A stretch of DNA of 64,000 bases, from contig CAWJCS010000002.1 in NCBI GenBank assembly GCA_963841435.1, positions 512,001 through 576,000 of the forward strand, in the 5' to 3' direction. The translations under genes and the position numbers were made by a program. Every line of letters begins with the position of its first letter. The stretch's first letter is position 1. The notes beneath the pieces are model-generated. The model was not told the DNA's origin. It saw nothing but the letters and a program-made list of their open reading frames with translations, and made no database searches. Of the stretch, positions 10,104-21,058 are shown piece by piece. The DNA comes from an uncultured delta proteobacterium. Its GTDB lineage: Bacteria > Myxococcota_A > Polyangia > Polyangiales > Polyangiaceae.

Positions 10104-11495
10104 ATGAAACTCCAACACTGGTGGGCTCCCTGGGTTTGCGTCGCCTCGTGGGGCCTCGTTGCCTGCGGGGCGAGCTCCAAAGGGTCGGCGTCCGGACAGG
10201 GCGGTGCCGGCGGCAGCTCCAACGCGGGCGCAGGGGCGGGCGGTGTGACCGCAACGGGCGGCAGCGCCGGGTCGAGCGGCGGGGCGGGACGCGGAGGATC
10301 TGGCGGGACAGCCGGCATCGAGATCGGCGTGGGTGGAAGCTCAGGGAGCTCCGGAGTGAGCGACTGCTTCGAGCCGAGCGGCGCGCCAGGAACGCTCGAT
10401 GCGACCTTCGGCGACGGCGGAACTTCGAGGGTCCAGAACCCCGACAGCCAAGACGGGCAGATCCTCCAAGACCTCGCCGCCGACGGCGAGGGGAGGCTCT
10501 TGGTGCTCGGGCTGGACCACGCGGAGATGGTCCTCTACCGGCTCGACGCCGACGGCTCGCTCGATACGAGCTTCGGCACCGACGGATTCGTGATTGCGGC
10601 CACGGACACTGGCAACGTGCTCGCTCTCGACGCTGACGGCAACGTGCTCGCGGGCGGCTCGGACGGCTCCGACGCGTGGGTCCAGCGCTTCACGCGCGAC
10701 GGCACCCCGGACCCGACGTTCGGCGATGCCGGTCGCGTGACGCTCGATTTCGGCACCGGCAACGACCGCATGCTGGCCGTGCTCGTGCAAAGCAACGGTT
10801 CGATCGTCGCTGCCGGTTCGAGCGACACGAATGGCCCGGAGACCGCCACGTTCGTCGTGTCCCTGGCTCCGGACGGTACCCCGCTCACCGATTCGGGTTC
10901 CGTGGGGCCGCTACGGCCGTCGGACCGCCGCTATTACCCCGTGGCGCTCGCGGAGCTACCGGATCACGCGCTGCTCGTGCTCGGCTCCTCGTCTCCTTCG
11001 AGCGGCGGCGCCGGCTACCCGTTTTTGGCGAAGCTCGGTGCCGACGGGGCTTTGGCGACAGACTTCGGCGATGGCGGCATCCTCGAGCTCGGCGACACGG
11101 TCGGCCCCGTCGTTGGGATCGGGCGCGGAGCGGACGGCTCGGTTCTGAGCTTTCAGTTCGGGCCAAAGCTCGCTCTGTTCGCCTACGACGATTCGGGAGA
11201 AAAGACTCCGTTCTCCGCAGTAAGCCCCGTGTCCCCCCTCGGTGTGACGCTCGACTGCGCCGGCAACGTCTTGGTCGCCGGCACCCTCACGAACAACGAC
11301 CTCAACGCCGGTGGCCTCGAGCGCTTCAGCCCATCCGGCACGACCGACCTCACGTTCGGCGACAACGGGATCGCCAGGTACGAAGTGGACGGAGCGCACG
11401 CCGCGCTCGAACGCGTGGTCGTGCTTCCGAGCGGCGCCATCGTCGCCGGCGGCTCCACGCAGGGCAGCTTCGTCGTTCAGCGCTACTTGCCCTGA
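10104..11495 (+). CDS. delta-60 repeat beta-propeller lipoprotein
   Basis: LVAC lipobox, Gly linker, repeated DGSLDTSFGTDG / DGTPDPTFGDAG motifs. Confidence 0.88.
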   Translation: MKLQHWWAPWVCVASWGLVACGASSKGSASGQGGAGGSSNAGAGAGGVTATGGSAGSSGGAGRGGSGGTAGIEIGVGGSSGSSGVSDCFEPSGAPGTLDATFGDGGTSRVQNPDSQDGQILQDLAADGEGRLLVLGLDHAEMVLYRLDADGSLDTSFGTDGFVIAATDTGNVLALDADGNVLAGGSDGSDAWVQRFTRDGTPDPTFGDAGRVTLDFGTGNDRMLAVLVQSNGSIVAAGSSDTNGPETATFVVSLAPDGTPLTDSGSVGPLRPSDRRYYPVALAELPDHALLVLGSSSPSSGGAGYPFLAKLGADGALATDFGDGGILELGDTVGPVVGIGRGADGSVLSFQFGPKLALFAYDDSGEKTPFSAVSPVSPLGVTLDCAGNVLVAGTLTNNDLNAGGLERFSPSGTTDLTFGDNGIARYEVDGAHAALERVVVLPSGAIVAGGSTQGSFVVQRYLP

Positions 11496-11658
11496 GGCCT
11501 TCGCCCCGCTCCCTCACCAGGGTAGTCGGGTGGACTCCGCAAATCTGCCACACCCGGGTGTGGCAGGTTGGCACCGGTCAATCGCGGTGCCGAGACAGGA
11601 CGAGAAGTGCGCGCGAGCTAGTGTAGGCTCTCCGCTGGGCGACGGATAGGTCACCAGG

Positions 11659-14571
11659 ATGCCGACAGCTTTCATCGCAAACCGGGCGGGAGGCGGCGGT
11701 GACCAGACCGTTCGAGCGCGCGCATCGTGGCGCGGCTTGGCGCTGACGCTCGGCTCGCTTCTGATCATCACGGCGCTCAAGCTCTTTTTCTACGACTACA
11801 TTGGCGAGGCAACCCCCTTTCTCCTCTACTTTGCCTCGATCCTGGTCGCCGCATGGTACGGCGGCATGCCGGGGGGCTTGGCGACGACCGCGCTCACGGC
11901 GCTGCTCGGCGCCTACTTCTTCCTCCCTCCGCTCAGCAGCGTCGGTGTTCCAGATGTCCCGACGACCATCCGGCTGCTCGTCTTCTTCGCCGAGGGCGCG
12001 GTCATCAGCGCCATCACCACCCGGTTGCGCGCCACGCAGCATCATGCGGCTGCGGCGCAAGCGAGCGCCGAGAGCACCCTCGCGAAGCTCGAGGGCATTC
12101 TCAAGGGCGTGGACGAGGGGATCACCGTGCAGGACGAAGCGGGGCGACTCATCTACGCGAACCGCGCGGCAGCCGCGCTGACTGGGTTTGCCTCGGCGGA
12201 AGAGCTGCTCTCGGCTCCCGTTCTCGACATCATGCAGCGCTTCGAGATGCTGACACCCGGCGGTGATCCGTTTCCCGTGGCCGAGCTTCCGGGGCGGCGA
12301 ACGCTCGCTGGCTTGCCTTCGGAGGAGCGAGTGGTTCGGTTCCGCATTTGCGCGACCGGCCAGGAAAGCTGGGCGCTCGTGCGTGCCAACGCTCTCGATA
12401 TCCCCGGCAGCGATCTGCGCCACGCCGTCAACGTGTTTCAGGACGTGACCGAAGCTCGCCGGCAAGAAGCGCAGCTCAGGGTCAGCGAGCAATGGCTGAC
12501 GACGACGCTGCAGAGCATCGGCGACGCCGTGATCGCAACCGACGAGCAGAGCGCGGTGACCTTCCTCAACCGGGTAGCAGAAGAGCTGACGGGTTGGGAT
12601 GCCGACTCGGCGCGGGGCAAACCGCTCGCCGAGGTTTTTCGCATCGTCAACGAGGGGACGCGGCTCCCGGTGGAAAGCCCCGTCGAACGGGTCCTGCGCG
12701 AGGGCACGGTCGTGGGACTGGCGAATCACACCGTGCTCATCTCGCGCAAGGGCACCGAATGTTCGATCGATGATAGCGCTGCTCCGATTCGCACGCCTCA
12801 GGGGCGAACCGTGGGGACGGTGTTGGTGTTTCGCGACGTATCGCAGAGGCGCATCGAGGAGCGCCGCCGTCTTTTCATTGCTCGCGCCGCGGCCGAGCTC
12901 GCGTCGTCGCTCGATTACGAAAAGACGCTCGCGACCGTGGCGCGGATGGCCGTACCGGCCGTCGGCGACTGGTGCGCGGTCGATATGGTCGAAGGGGGCG
13001 CGTTGCGACGGCTCGCCGTGGCGCACGTCGATCCCGAGAAGATCGCGCTCGTCTACGAGCTCGAGCGGCGCTATCCACAGGATCCGTCGAGCGCCGGGGG
13101 AGTCTACGAAGTTCTGCGCACTGGAAAGCCGGTCTTCGCTCCGGAGATCCCGGAAGCCGCGTTGGCGTCCGCCGCTCGAGACGCCGAGCATCTGCGCTTG
13201 ATCCGCGCGCTCGAGCTCCGCTCCTTCATCGCCGTGCCGCTCGTCACGGACGCGCGGACCTTCGGAGTGCTGACGCTCGCAATGGCCGAGTCGGGGCGAG
13301 CCCATGCACAGGAGGATCTGGACTTCGCAACGGCGCTGGCGGACCGCGCGGCGCTGGCGGTCAACCACGCCAAGCTCTACGCCGCAGCCACCGAGGCGCG
13401 GCATGAAGCGGAGCACGCCAGCCGAGTGAAGGACGAGTTCTTGGCGATGCTGAGCCACGAGCTCAGAAATCCGCTCGCCCCGATCCTCACGACCCTCGGG
13501 CTCATGAAGCTTCGGGCGCCCGAGACGTTCGCCGAGGAGCGCGCGCTGCTGGAGCGACAGGTCAAGCATCTCGTCACGCTCGTGGACGACCTGCTCGACG
13601 TGGCCCGCATCACGCAGCAAAAAATGGAGCTGACACGCGAGAGCGTCGACCTGGGAGACACGCTCGAGAAGGCGCTCGAGTTGGCGGGCCCTCTCATCGA
13701 GGAACGTCGCCACGAGGTCGTGACCGAGCTCGCGCGAGGACTGCTCGTTTGGGGCGACGCGCTGAGGCTCGCGCAGGTCTTCACGAACCTCCTGACCAAC
13801 GCCGCCAAGTACACCCGGCCCGGCGGGCGCATCGAGGTCCGCGGCAAGCGCGAGGGTGAACAGATCGTCATCCGCGTGCGCGACAACGGTGACGGGATCG
13901 CGAAAGCGATTCTGCCGCGGGTCTTCGACCTGTTCATGCAGAGCGACCAGTCTCTGGACCGCGCCATGGGTGGGCTCGGCCTCGGTCTGACGCTGGTCCG
14001 CACCGTGGTCGAGCTGCACGGTGGTCGCGTGACCGCGGAAAGCGCGGGACCGGGGCTAGGTAGCGAATTTGCCGTAGTGCTGCCGGCTCTGCCCGCATCA
14101 CTAGAGGTCGCGGCACCGTCGCCATCGGCCCCGAGAGCCGCGCGCCTCGACCCCGATGGGGTCGGCGTGCTCGTCGTCAACGACAACGAGGACGCGCTCG
14201 AGGTTCTTTGCACGGCACTCGAGCTCCTGGGGTTTCGCTCCTACGCCGCTTCGGACGCTGCCGAGGCACTCGGCTTGGTCGAAGCCGTCAAACCGTCCTT
14301 TGCGCTCGTCAACATCGGCCTTCCGGTGATGGACGGCTATGAGCTGGCGGGAAAGTTGCGCCGGACGGACGGGCTCGAGCGGCTCAAGCTCGTCGCGGTT
14401 ACCGGCTACGGGCAGCAGGCCGACAAGGAGCGTGCGCGCGCCGCCGGCTTCGACGAACACCTAGTCAAGCCGATCTCGCTCGAGGAGGTCGAGAGCGTGC
14501 TCGCGCGCCTGGGATCGGCGGCTGGCTCGTCGGATCGGCGCGGCGCTCCGGCTCGGGAGCACGAGAAGTGA
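11659..14571 (+). CDS. hybrid sensor histidine kinase (DUF4118 TM-PAS-PAS-GAF-HisKA-HATPase-REC)
   Basis: FLAMLSHELRNPL, NLLTNAAKYT, DNGDG, GGLGLGL boxes; receiver with VTGYG and HLVKP. Confidence 0.95.
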   Translation: MPTAFIANRAGGGGDQTVRARASWRGLALTLGSLLIITALKLFFYDYIGEATPFLLYFASILVAAWYGGMPGGLATTALTALLGAYFFLPPLSSVGVPDVPTTIRLLVFFAEGAVISAITTRLRATQHHAAAAQASAESTLAKLEGILKGVDEGITVQDEAGRLIYANRAAAALTGFASAEELLSAPVLDIMQRFEMLTPGGDPFPVAELPGRRTLAGLPSEERVVRFRICATGQESWALVRANALDIPGSDLRHAVNVFQDVTEARRQEAQLRVSEQWLTTTLQSIGDAVIATDEQSAVTFLNRVAEELTGWDADSARGKPLAEVFRIVNEGTRLPVESPVERVLREGTVVGLANHTVLISRKGTECSIDDSAAPIRTPQGRTVGTVLVFRDVSQRRIEERRRLFIARAAAELASSLDYEKTLATVARMAVPAVGDWCAVDMVEGGALRRLAVAHVDPEKIALVYELERRYPQDPSSAGGVYEVLRTGKPVFAPEIPEAALASAARDAEHLRLIRALELRSFIAVPLVTDARTFGVLTLAMAESGRAHAQEDLDFATALADRAALAVNHAKLYAAATEARHEAEHASRVKDEFLAMLSHELRNPLAPILTTLGLMKLRAPETFAEERALLERQVKHLVTLVDDLLDVARITQQKMELTRESVDLGDTLEKALELAGPLIEERRHEVVTELARGLLVWGDALRLAQVFTNLLTNAAKYTRPGGRIEVRGKREGEQIVIRVRDNGDGIAKAILPRVFDLFMQSDQSLDRAMGGLGLGLTLVRTVVELHGGRVTAESAGPGLGSEFAVVLPALPASLEVAAPSPSAPRAARLDPDGVGVLVVNDNEDALEVLCTALELLGFRSYAASDAAEALGLVEAVKPSFALVNIGLPVMDGYELAGKLRRTDGLERLKLVAVTGYGQQADKERARAAGFDEHLVKPISLEEVESVLARLGSAAGSSDRRGAPAREHEK

Positions 14572-14919
14572 CGCCATGAGCTCGGCGCTCATCCACCGCC
14601 GATAGCGACCTCTTCGCACGATGGGGTTCTCGCAGGCTTGCAGGGACTCGAACAGTGTCAGGCGGAGCTGCTGTTGGATCGGCTGAGCACCCCCAACGTC
14701 TACGTCTTCGACAACGACGGCGCCGCCGGGTGCCCTTGACTCGTAGCCGTACTTTTCCTGCCCGGTAGCATCGACGGGTGCCGCGCTTCACGCTCGAGCG
14801 AATTCGCCAGCCCAAGCGGAAATGAGGCAGCGATTCGCTGCTTGCGCGAAGGTGACTGCCGAGGCAGGTATCAGGTTACCTTATACGTGTTGTTGCCTAG
14901 CTCAATTGGAGGTACGCCC

Positions 14920-16140
14920 ATGACGGCGAGAAATCTCGCAGGCTGGTGCTCGTCGATCATCGCGGTCGCTTGGTCGCTCGCCGCCTGTGGAGGCACCGAG
15001 CCGACGGCCGATCCAGTTGGGACCGGCGGGGGCGCCACCGGCGGCGCATCGCAGGGCGGGTCCGCCGGCGCGGGCGCGGGCGGTGTGTCCGGCACCGGCG
15101 GCGCCGGCGGCAGCAGCGCAGGGACGGGCGGCGTCGGCACCGGCGGCGCGGGCGCAGCGTCCGGCGCCGGCGGCTCGTCAGCGGCGACAGGGGGATCGTC
15201 CTCCGGCACGGCGGGAAGCGGCGCGGGTGCCGGCGCCGGCGCCGGTGCCGGTGCGCCCGCTGGCGGCTCCGCGAACGGAGGCAGCCAGGGCGGCGGCCGC
15301 GGAGGTCAGGACGGAGGGAGCGCTGGAGCGGCTGCAATGAGCGGCGCCGGCACGGGACCCGGAGGTTCGGCAGGCGGCGGCGCCGGCGGCTCGGGTGGCG
15401 CTGTGCCCGGGATGGGCTGCGGGGCGTCACCCCTGGCGAGTGGTCGCGCGTCGATCAACGTCTCCGGCACCATGCGCGAGTACGTGCTGAAGGTTCCGGA
15501 CGGGTACGACTCGAGCAAGCCCTACAAGCTGATCTTCGCGTGGCACTGGCGCGGCGGTCAGGCGAACGACGTAGTGAGCGGCGGCATCATCGGCGGGCCG
15601 TACTACGGGCTCGAGCAACGCTCCCAGGGCTCGGCCATCTTCGTTGCCCCCGAGGGTATCGACATGGGCTGGGCCAACACGAGCGGGCGCGACATCGCCT
15701 TCCTGAAGGCCATGCTCGACCTGTTCAACTCCAAGCTCTGTATCGACCAGCAGCGCATCTTTTCCACCGGGTTCAGCTACGGCGGCATGATGTCGGATAC
15801 GATCGGCTGCGAGATGGCCGATGTCTTCCGAGCCATCGCGCCCAATTCCGGCGCCCTCTACAGTGGATGCAAGGAGCCGAACGACCACCCGATCGCGGTC
15901 CTGCTGATGCACGGCAACAACGACACGGTCGTGCCGCTCGCCGATGGCCAGGCGGCCCTCGACAAGTTCCTCGGGCGAGATCAATGCGGCTCGACGACGC
16001 ATCCCGTCGACCCGAGCCCCTGTGTCGAATACGAGGGCTGCACGGACGGCTATCCCGTCGTGTACTGCGAATTCTCCGGCGGTCACATGCCATGGAGCTC
16101 TGCGCCGGATACCGTCTGGAAATTCTTCGACCAGTTCTAG
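14920..16140 (+). CDS. alpha/beta esterase (CE1/PHB-depolymerase-like) lipoprotein
   Basis: LAAC lipobox, ~130-aa Gly linker, GFSYGG nucleophile elbow, HGNND, GGH. Confidence 0.88.
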   Translation: MTARNLAGWCSSIIAVAWSLAACGGTEPTADPVGTGGGATGGASQGGSAGAGAGGVSGTGGAGGSSAGTGGVGTGGAGAASGAGGSSAATGGSSSGTAGSGAGAGAGAGAGAPAGGSANGGSQGGGRGGQDGGSAGAAAMSGAGTGPGGSAGGGAGGSGGAVPGMGCGASPLASGRASINVSGTMREYVLKVPDGYDSSKPYKLIFAWHWRGGQANDVVSGGIIGGPYYGLEQRSQGSAIFVAPEGIDMGWANTSGRDIAFLKAMLDLFNSKLCIDQQRIFSTGFSYGGMMSDTIGCEMADVFRAIAPNSGALYSGCKEPNDHPIAVLLMHGNNDTVVPLADGQAALDKFLGRDQCGSTTHPVDPSPCVEYEGCTDGYPVVYCEFSGGHMPWSSAPDTVWKFFDQF

Positions 16141-16202
16141 GCGCCATTGGCTCTCATCACGTCGCCACCGGCACTTGAACGCCTAACCTCGCCGCAGCCC
16201 GC

Positions 16203-16736
16203 GTGAAGCTTCGTTGGCCTCCAGTCGCTCGCAGCGGCGGGCGCGAGCTTCCGCGGGCCATCGGCGCCGGAACCGCACTGCGGCGTCTGGCGCCGATTGC
16301 CATCGCCGTGCCCCTGCTCCTCGGCTGCGGCAAAGACGACGAGCCGGGTGTCCTCGGGTCACGGAGCGACGTGAAGACGACGCCTGGCGTCTACGACGGC
16401 TACGAGATCATCGACGAGTGCCAGCTCCCGTCCAACACGTACGGCATCTTGGGCACCGGTTCGAACTGGTACTCCGATGTCGCCCCGGAGGGCGAGGGTA
16501 GGGCCGACGCGGTCGCCGAATTCGCGACGGTCCTGGTGCGGCCGGCGCTGGCGGACGTGAAGTCCGTGGGTGGGGTCGGTCTCGGTAGCTCGTGCACGTT
16601 GAACGCCGGGGCGACTGCGATCATGAACGACTGGCGCGACGTGGACCGAGCGTTCGCTCGGGCCGGCCGGCTCTTGCTCGAGCACCACCTGCGAGAAGAG
16701 ATCACGCTGCGCGTCACCTCCGCCCAAGCCGACTGA
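16203..16736 (+). CDS. hypothetical lipoprotein
   Basis: LLGC lipobox; protein-like composition. Confidence 0.65.
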   Translation: MKLRWPPVARSGGRELPRAIGAGTALRRLAPIAIAVPLLLGCGKDDEPGVLGSRSDVKTTPGVYDGYEIIDECQLPSNTYGILGTGSNWYSDVAPEGEGRADAVAEFATVLVRPALADVKSVGGVGLGSSCTLNAGATAIMNDWRDVDRAFARAGRLLLEHHLREEITLRVTSAQAD

Positions 16737-17254
16737 GGCGACCATTCCACGCCCGCCCTCTTCCCAGTTCATTTTTCCCCTGGCGTTCGCGCCAAGGGGT
16801 TTCGCGGTCACGGGGCGGTGCAGGTGTGGCAACTGCTGTCGCCGACGCAGCCGTCGCACGAGCCGGCATCGCAGGCACCCTGATCGCACTCGAAAACGCC
16901 GCGGCGCCCGCGAGGGCGTTTGCGGAGTCGCCTCGATGAACCAGGGAGCTTGCGACGATGAATACCTTCCCGGTTCATCGACCTCAGAGCGCCGGTTTCG
17001 CGAGGCCTCTCTCCTTCTCGACGTTGAGGACCGCCTTGAGCGTGTCGCGCGGCCACCACAGAGCCGCCCTGTCGGGATCCTTCAGAAAGAACTTGTTGAC
17101 CTGAAGCCTTTTCCACGCCTTGGTCGGCATTGGCTTGTACCCGGCGACCAGCGACAGGTAGGCCATCTGCGACGGTGTCAGAGGCGTCGTCGCGTCCGGG
17201 CAGCGTCAACTCATCTGGGAGGCGCCGACTGAGAGCACCATCGGTACCTTCAAA

Positions 17255-17431
17255 GTACCCGCGCGCGGCAAAGCGCCCCGTGCCCATCCCGAACTCGAAC
17301 ACGTGTCGCGCCGACTCGAAGCCTGCATGCGCCACGAGGTCGGCGAGCGCCGCGTCTTCGCAGAACGATTGTGTGCCCTGCCGAGCGCCGAACGAATCGT
17401 AGAAGGATCTGGCGGCGTCGCGCGTCAACAT
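17255..17431 (-). pseudogene. class I SAM-dependent methyltransferase N-terminal fragment
   Basis: FYDSFG...EDAALADLVAHAGF...VFEFGMGTGRFA (motif I), after which the similarity stops. Confidence 0.6.
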
Positions 17432-17571
17432 CGTCGATTCCCTTCATGCCGCGGGTTGTCCCACCCGTTGCTGCGGCGACGAAGCATGCCGCCGAGCTCG
17501 AGAGCGCAACGTAGCAGGCTTCGACCCAGCCGCGGGTCTCAGTCGCCAATCGCGCGCAGGTCTCTTGGGAC

Positions 17572-18945
17572 CTACGGACAGGCGGCCGTGTCGTCGTTGC
17601 CTTCGCAGGGATCGCAGGCGTTGGCGCGCGCGTCGATGGCGTCGACCTCGCACTGAGGAAGCTTCGGGTTTTGCGCGATGATCAGGGTCGTCACGTCAAC
17701 CAACGACGAGAGCGTACCGATCGAGGTGAGCGCGTCGTTGCCCGTGATGACGAGCTCGGGAAGGGACTCGAGTGCTTCGAGATCCACCGTGGCGAGACTC
17801 GAGTGGCTGGCGATGAGAAGCTCGTCCTGCATACGTTCGAGAGCCGGAAGGCTGATCGAGGTGATGGTGGTGCTGGCGATGATGCTGGAGGGGCCAACCA
17901 TGGTCTTCAACGCGGGCAGCGAGACGGACGGCAGCGGGTCGTTGCCCGAAATGAGCAGGCCTTCGCTCAGCTCTTGCAACTGGTCCAGACCGTCCAGGCT
18001 GGTGAGCGCCGGGTTGCTGGCAATGGTCAGGGCGATGCCCGAGGTCCAACCGCGCAGCCCCGCGAAGCTCTCTAGCTTCGCGTTGTAGGTGACGGAAACG
18101 GCCGTCGACCCGAACACGGCATTTTGCAGTTCGGCGAAGTTGCGGAGCGCGTCGCAGTGCGTGACTCTGAAGTTGCCGTCAATCTTCCTCAGATCCTCCA
18201 AGCCGGCCAGCGACTCGAGCCCGGCTGGCCCCACCAAGCTCAGCCCGCCCCCGACGTAGCTCAGAGAGTCGAAGCCCTTGAAGCTTTTCAGGGCCTCGGT
18301 GTCGTCGATCCCGAGCGAGCCTTTGATGACGCGGATCTTCTCGAGGCCGGCAAGGCTCGTGAGCTCGGGTCCGGAGAGGAGCACGCTGCCCTCGATGACT
18401 TCGCACCCCAAGGTGGTGAGCGCGTAAACGTCGGAATCGTTGGCGAGCACCAGCGGGTCGTCCAGATCGCACACTCGGAGGCACCGGCTCGGCTCGATGT
18501 CCGCAAAGCATTCTTCGTTCGTGCCGCAATCGTCCGGCTGACACGTCGCGCCGCCTGCCATGCCGGCGCTACCCGCCATGCCGGCGCTCTCCTGCGTGCC
18601 AGCGCTACCCCCCGCGCCGCCCCCATTGCCAGCGCCACCCCCCATCCCAGCGCCAACGGCACCGCCCGCGTTCTCGGCGCCGGCGTCGCCGCCCGCGCTC
18701 GTATTGCCACCGCTACCACCGCGCCCTGCCGTGGCGCCGTTCCCTGCGGCGGCAGTCGCCCCGCTCCCTCCGGCAGCGCTCTTGCCGCTCCCTCCGCCGG
18801 TGCTCGACGTGCCGCCTGAGCCACCGCCATCGCCCCCGGAGCCCGATCCCGAACCGGCCTCGCTCGACCGGGTGGAGTGCCCAGCGCAGCCCACGCTGGA
18901 AAGCGAAGCCGTGACCAGCAGGCCCACCCAATTGCGACCCTTCAT
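17572..18945 (-). CDS. receptor-L-domain / leucine-rich lipoprotein
   Basis: SVGC lipobox, Gly linker, CEVIEGSV and repeated LxSLxGLExLxxIxGxL units. Confidence 0.85.
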   Translation of the reverse strand: MKGRNWVGLLVTASLSSVGCAGHSTRSSEAGSGSGSGGDGGGSGGTSSTGGGSGKSAAGGSGATAAAGNGATAGRGGSGGNTSAGGDAGAENAGGAVGAGMGGGAGNGGGAGGSAGTQESAGMAGSAGMAGGATCQPDDCGTNEECFADIEPSRCLRVCDLDDPLVLANDSDVYALTTLGCEVIEGSVLLSGPELTSLAGLEKIRVIKGSLGIDDTEALKSFKGFDSLSYVGGGLSLVGPAGLESLAGLEDLRKIDGNFRVTHCDALRNFAELQNAVFGSTAVSVTYNAKLESFAGLRGWTSGIALTIASNPALTSLDGLDQLQELSEGLLISGNDPLPSVSLPALKTMVGPSSIIASTTITSISLPALERMQDELLIASHSSLATVDLEALESLPELVITGNDALTSIGTLSSLVDVTTLIIAQNPKLPQCEVDAIDARANACDPCEGNDDTAACP

Positions 18946-19059
18946 CAAAGCTCTCCCAACCGCAACTTTGGCACGTGAGTTGGCGTTGATCAATTGCCAC
19001 CGCCGAAAGGGTTTCGGGACGCCGTGGTGAGGTGATACACATCTCCGTGGAGGTTTCGC

Positions 19060-20344
19060 GTGGGCTTCAACTGGACCAGGGTGCTCGTTGCGGCCGTCGT
19101 CGCCTCGGCGCCGCTCGGTGCATGCGGTGAGTCGGAGCGACACGAGCAAGCGGGGACGGGCAACCGTTCGGGTCGGGCGGGCGCTTCGCAGGCAGGTGCG
19201 GGCGCGGCAAGCGGCGGACAGAGTGGCGCGGCTCGCGGAGGCACCGCCGGCTCTGGGACGGGCGGTAGTGGGGCTCGCGGCGGCGCGCACCAAGCGGGCG
19301 AGGCCGGCCGTGGGACGGCAGGCGAGGACGGGACCCCCGGCTCGGGCGGCGCGCAAGGCGGCGAGGGATTGGGTGGGGCGGGGCACGCGGGCGAGGGTGG
19401 CGGCAGCGCGGTCGCGTGCCACGCGGATCCGGCTATCCCGGCAGTCAGCACGGCGCCGACGACACTCGACCCGGATGACGTCGCTCGGGCAGCGGTGGTC
19501 TGGGGCTCCTGCGTTGCCGACGACGGTGTCGCCTGGAACGCCCGGGGGCTGTGGATCTCGTACCTTGCTGCGCCGCGCGTGTACTACCGCTTGGACGCGC
19601 AGCTCGCGTGCCTCGCGCACGCCGATTGCGGATGCGCTGCAGTCGACCATTGTGTCGGCTTGACCCTCGAGCAGGACGAGTCCTGTCTGTCGGGTTGCAC
19701 CGGCAGCACATACACGCTTTGCCTGGCCGGCTCCACGGCCACGTTCGCCTGGCGAGTGAACTGCGCGCGCCTCGGGCTCACGTGCGACGATGCGGCCGGC
19801 TGCGTCTCCGGCAGCGTGAGCCCGTGTTCGGCCGGCTTCCCCGATGCGACGAGCTGCACGGCCGGCGGCGCCATCAGCTCGTGCCAGGACGATTTCACAC
19901 GCGAGACGCCGTCGTGCAGTAGCGCCGGGCTCTCCTGTTCCGATGGTCGCTGCTCCGCGGCTGGGCCCGCGTGTGACGACAGCCTCTTCCTTCCCGATCC
20001 GGAGGTCATCTCGTACGCCGCCACGGGTTGCAGCGGCGACCGCCTCGAGATCTGCGCCGACGGCAAGAGCGGGTCGGTTGACTGCACCACCCAGGGCCCC
20101 GGCTTCAGCTGTCAGGGCGCTGGAGGCGGCTTCTTCTGCGGGCTCGCGTCGGAGTGCGTTCCTCCGGAGACGTTCATGGCGAGCTCGACCCGGTCGAGCT
20201 GCGACGGGACGGTCCTCACCTTCTGCAACGCCGGACGTTCTCGAGCACGTCGACTGCACGACGCTAGGCTTCACCGGCTGCGACATCGACTCGTCCGTGG
20301 GCCACTACGGCTGCGTTCCGCCGCTGAACGAACCGGGGCTCTAG
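19060..20344 (+). CDS. Cys-rich lipoprotein, one frameshift near 20236
   Basis: LGAC lipobox, Gly linker, Cys repeats; C-terminus LEHVDCTTLGFTGC continues in another frame to TAG at 20344. Confidence 0.75.
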
Positions 20345-21058
20345 GCGCGCGCTCGCGTCGGCCTCTGAGCCCGCGCTCGCCGGCCAGCCTTGCGGTTGCA
20401 CGTGAGAGTCCTTCCAGTGAACGTCAGAATGGCTCCGGCTGCGCCGACCCATCCAGGTTCAACCAAGCGTCCCGGCACGCGACACGGTTCCCCGTTGACT
20501 CCGTCGAAACGTCCTTCGTCACGAGCGGCTGCAGCGCGATGCTGTCCACCAGAATCTCCCCGGTGTCCGCTTTGACCGTAAGCGTCGGTCGATCATCGGC
20601 GGTCAGCATGTCGGAAGTCCGTGGCGAGTAGCTGATCTTGGCGAACAAGCGAAGTGTCGTCGGAACGACCACCGTGCTCGACGAAAAGGCCCGACTACCA
20701 GGAGGCACGTTCGGCAGGTGGGTGCACGTGGTGACGGCCAGGTGCCCCGATAACCTCGCGTGAAGGTCACCATCGACAAGCTCGACGAGCGCCTCGCCGC
20801 GCACGCTCCTTTGCTCCCGAGCTCGCTCGATGTGCCGAGCTTCCTCGAAGGCCCCATCACCGAGCGCCGCATGAACCTGCGTGATCTCGCGCAACAGCAA
20901 CAGCAGTAGGCGCCCGCGCCGAGAGCCGGCACGGTCGTCGAAGGCGGAGCGAGCGGCGGCGTGGCTCGCTCCGGTGGCTGAAAAGCGCACCACCACCGGC
21001 GGGGAGCTCCCGCGCCCGTTGACCTTGGGCGGCGGAGCCTCTATCGTGGTGTGTCACG

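Noticed and set aside
12427-12651. GTCAAC sites in the PAS domains (AVNVF, RIVNE); also VVNLAAG at ~27043 and YVNG at ~40607
   Set aside because: Asn is normal at these positions, so they were not counted as conversions
11578-14019. 813-aa antisense ORF opposite the kinase (similarly 46826-49099 and 50043-51641)
   Set aside because: Shadow ORFs produced by high GC3 codon bias; no motifs, and the opposite strand has clear genes
16984-17166. 60-aa ORF MAYLSLVAGY...
   Set aside because: Protein-like but without a recognisable family or RBS; probably a fragment
17572-20286. 904-aa ORF as one protein
   Set aside because: The N-terminal half is the shadow of the plus-strand lipoprotein; the real gene starts at 18945 with a signal peptide
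20424-20996. 190-aa minus-strand ORF
   Set aside because: The C-terminal part looks coding, but start, frame and family cannot be supported
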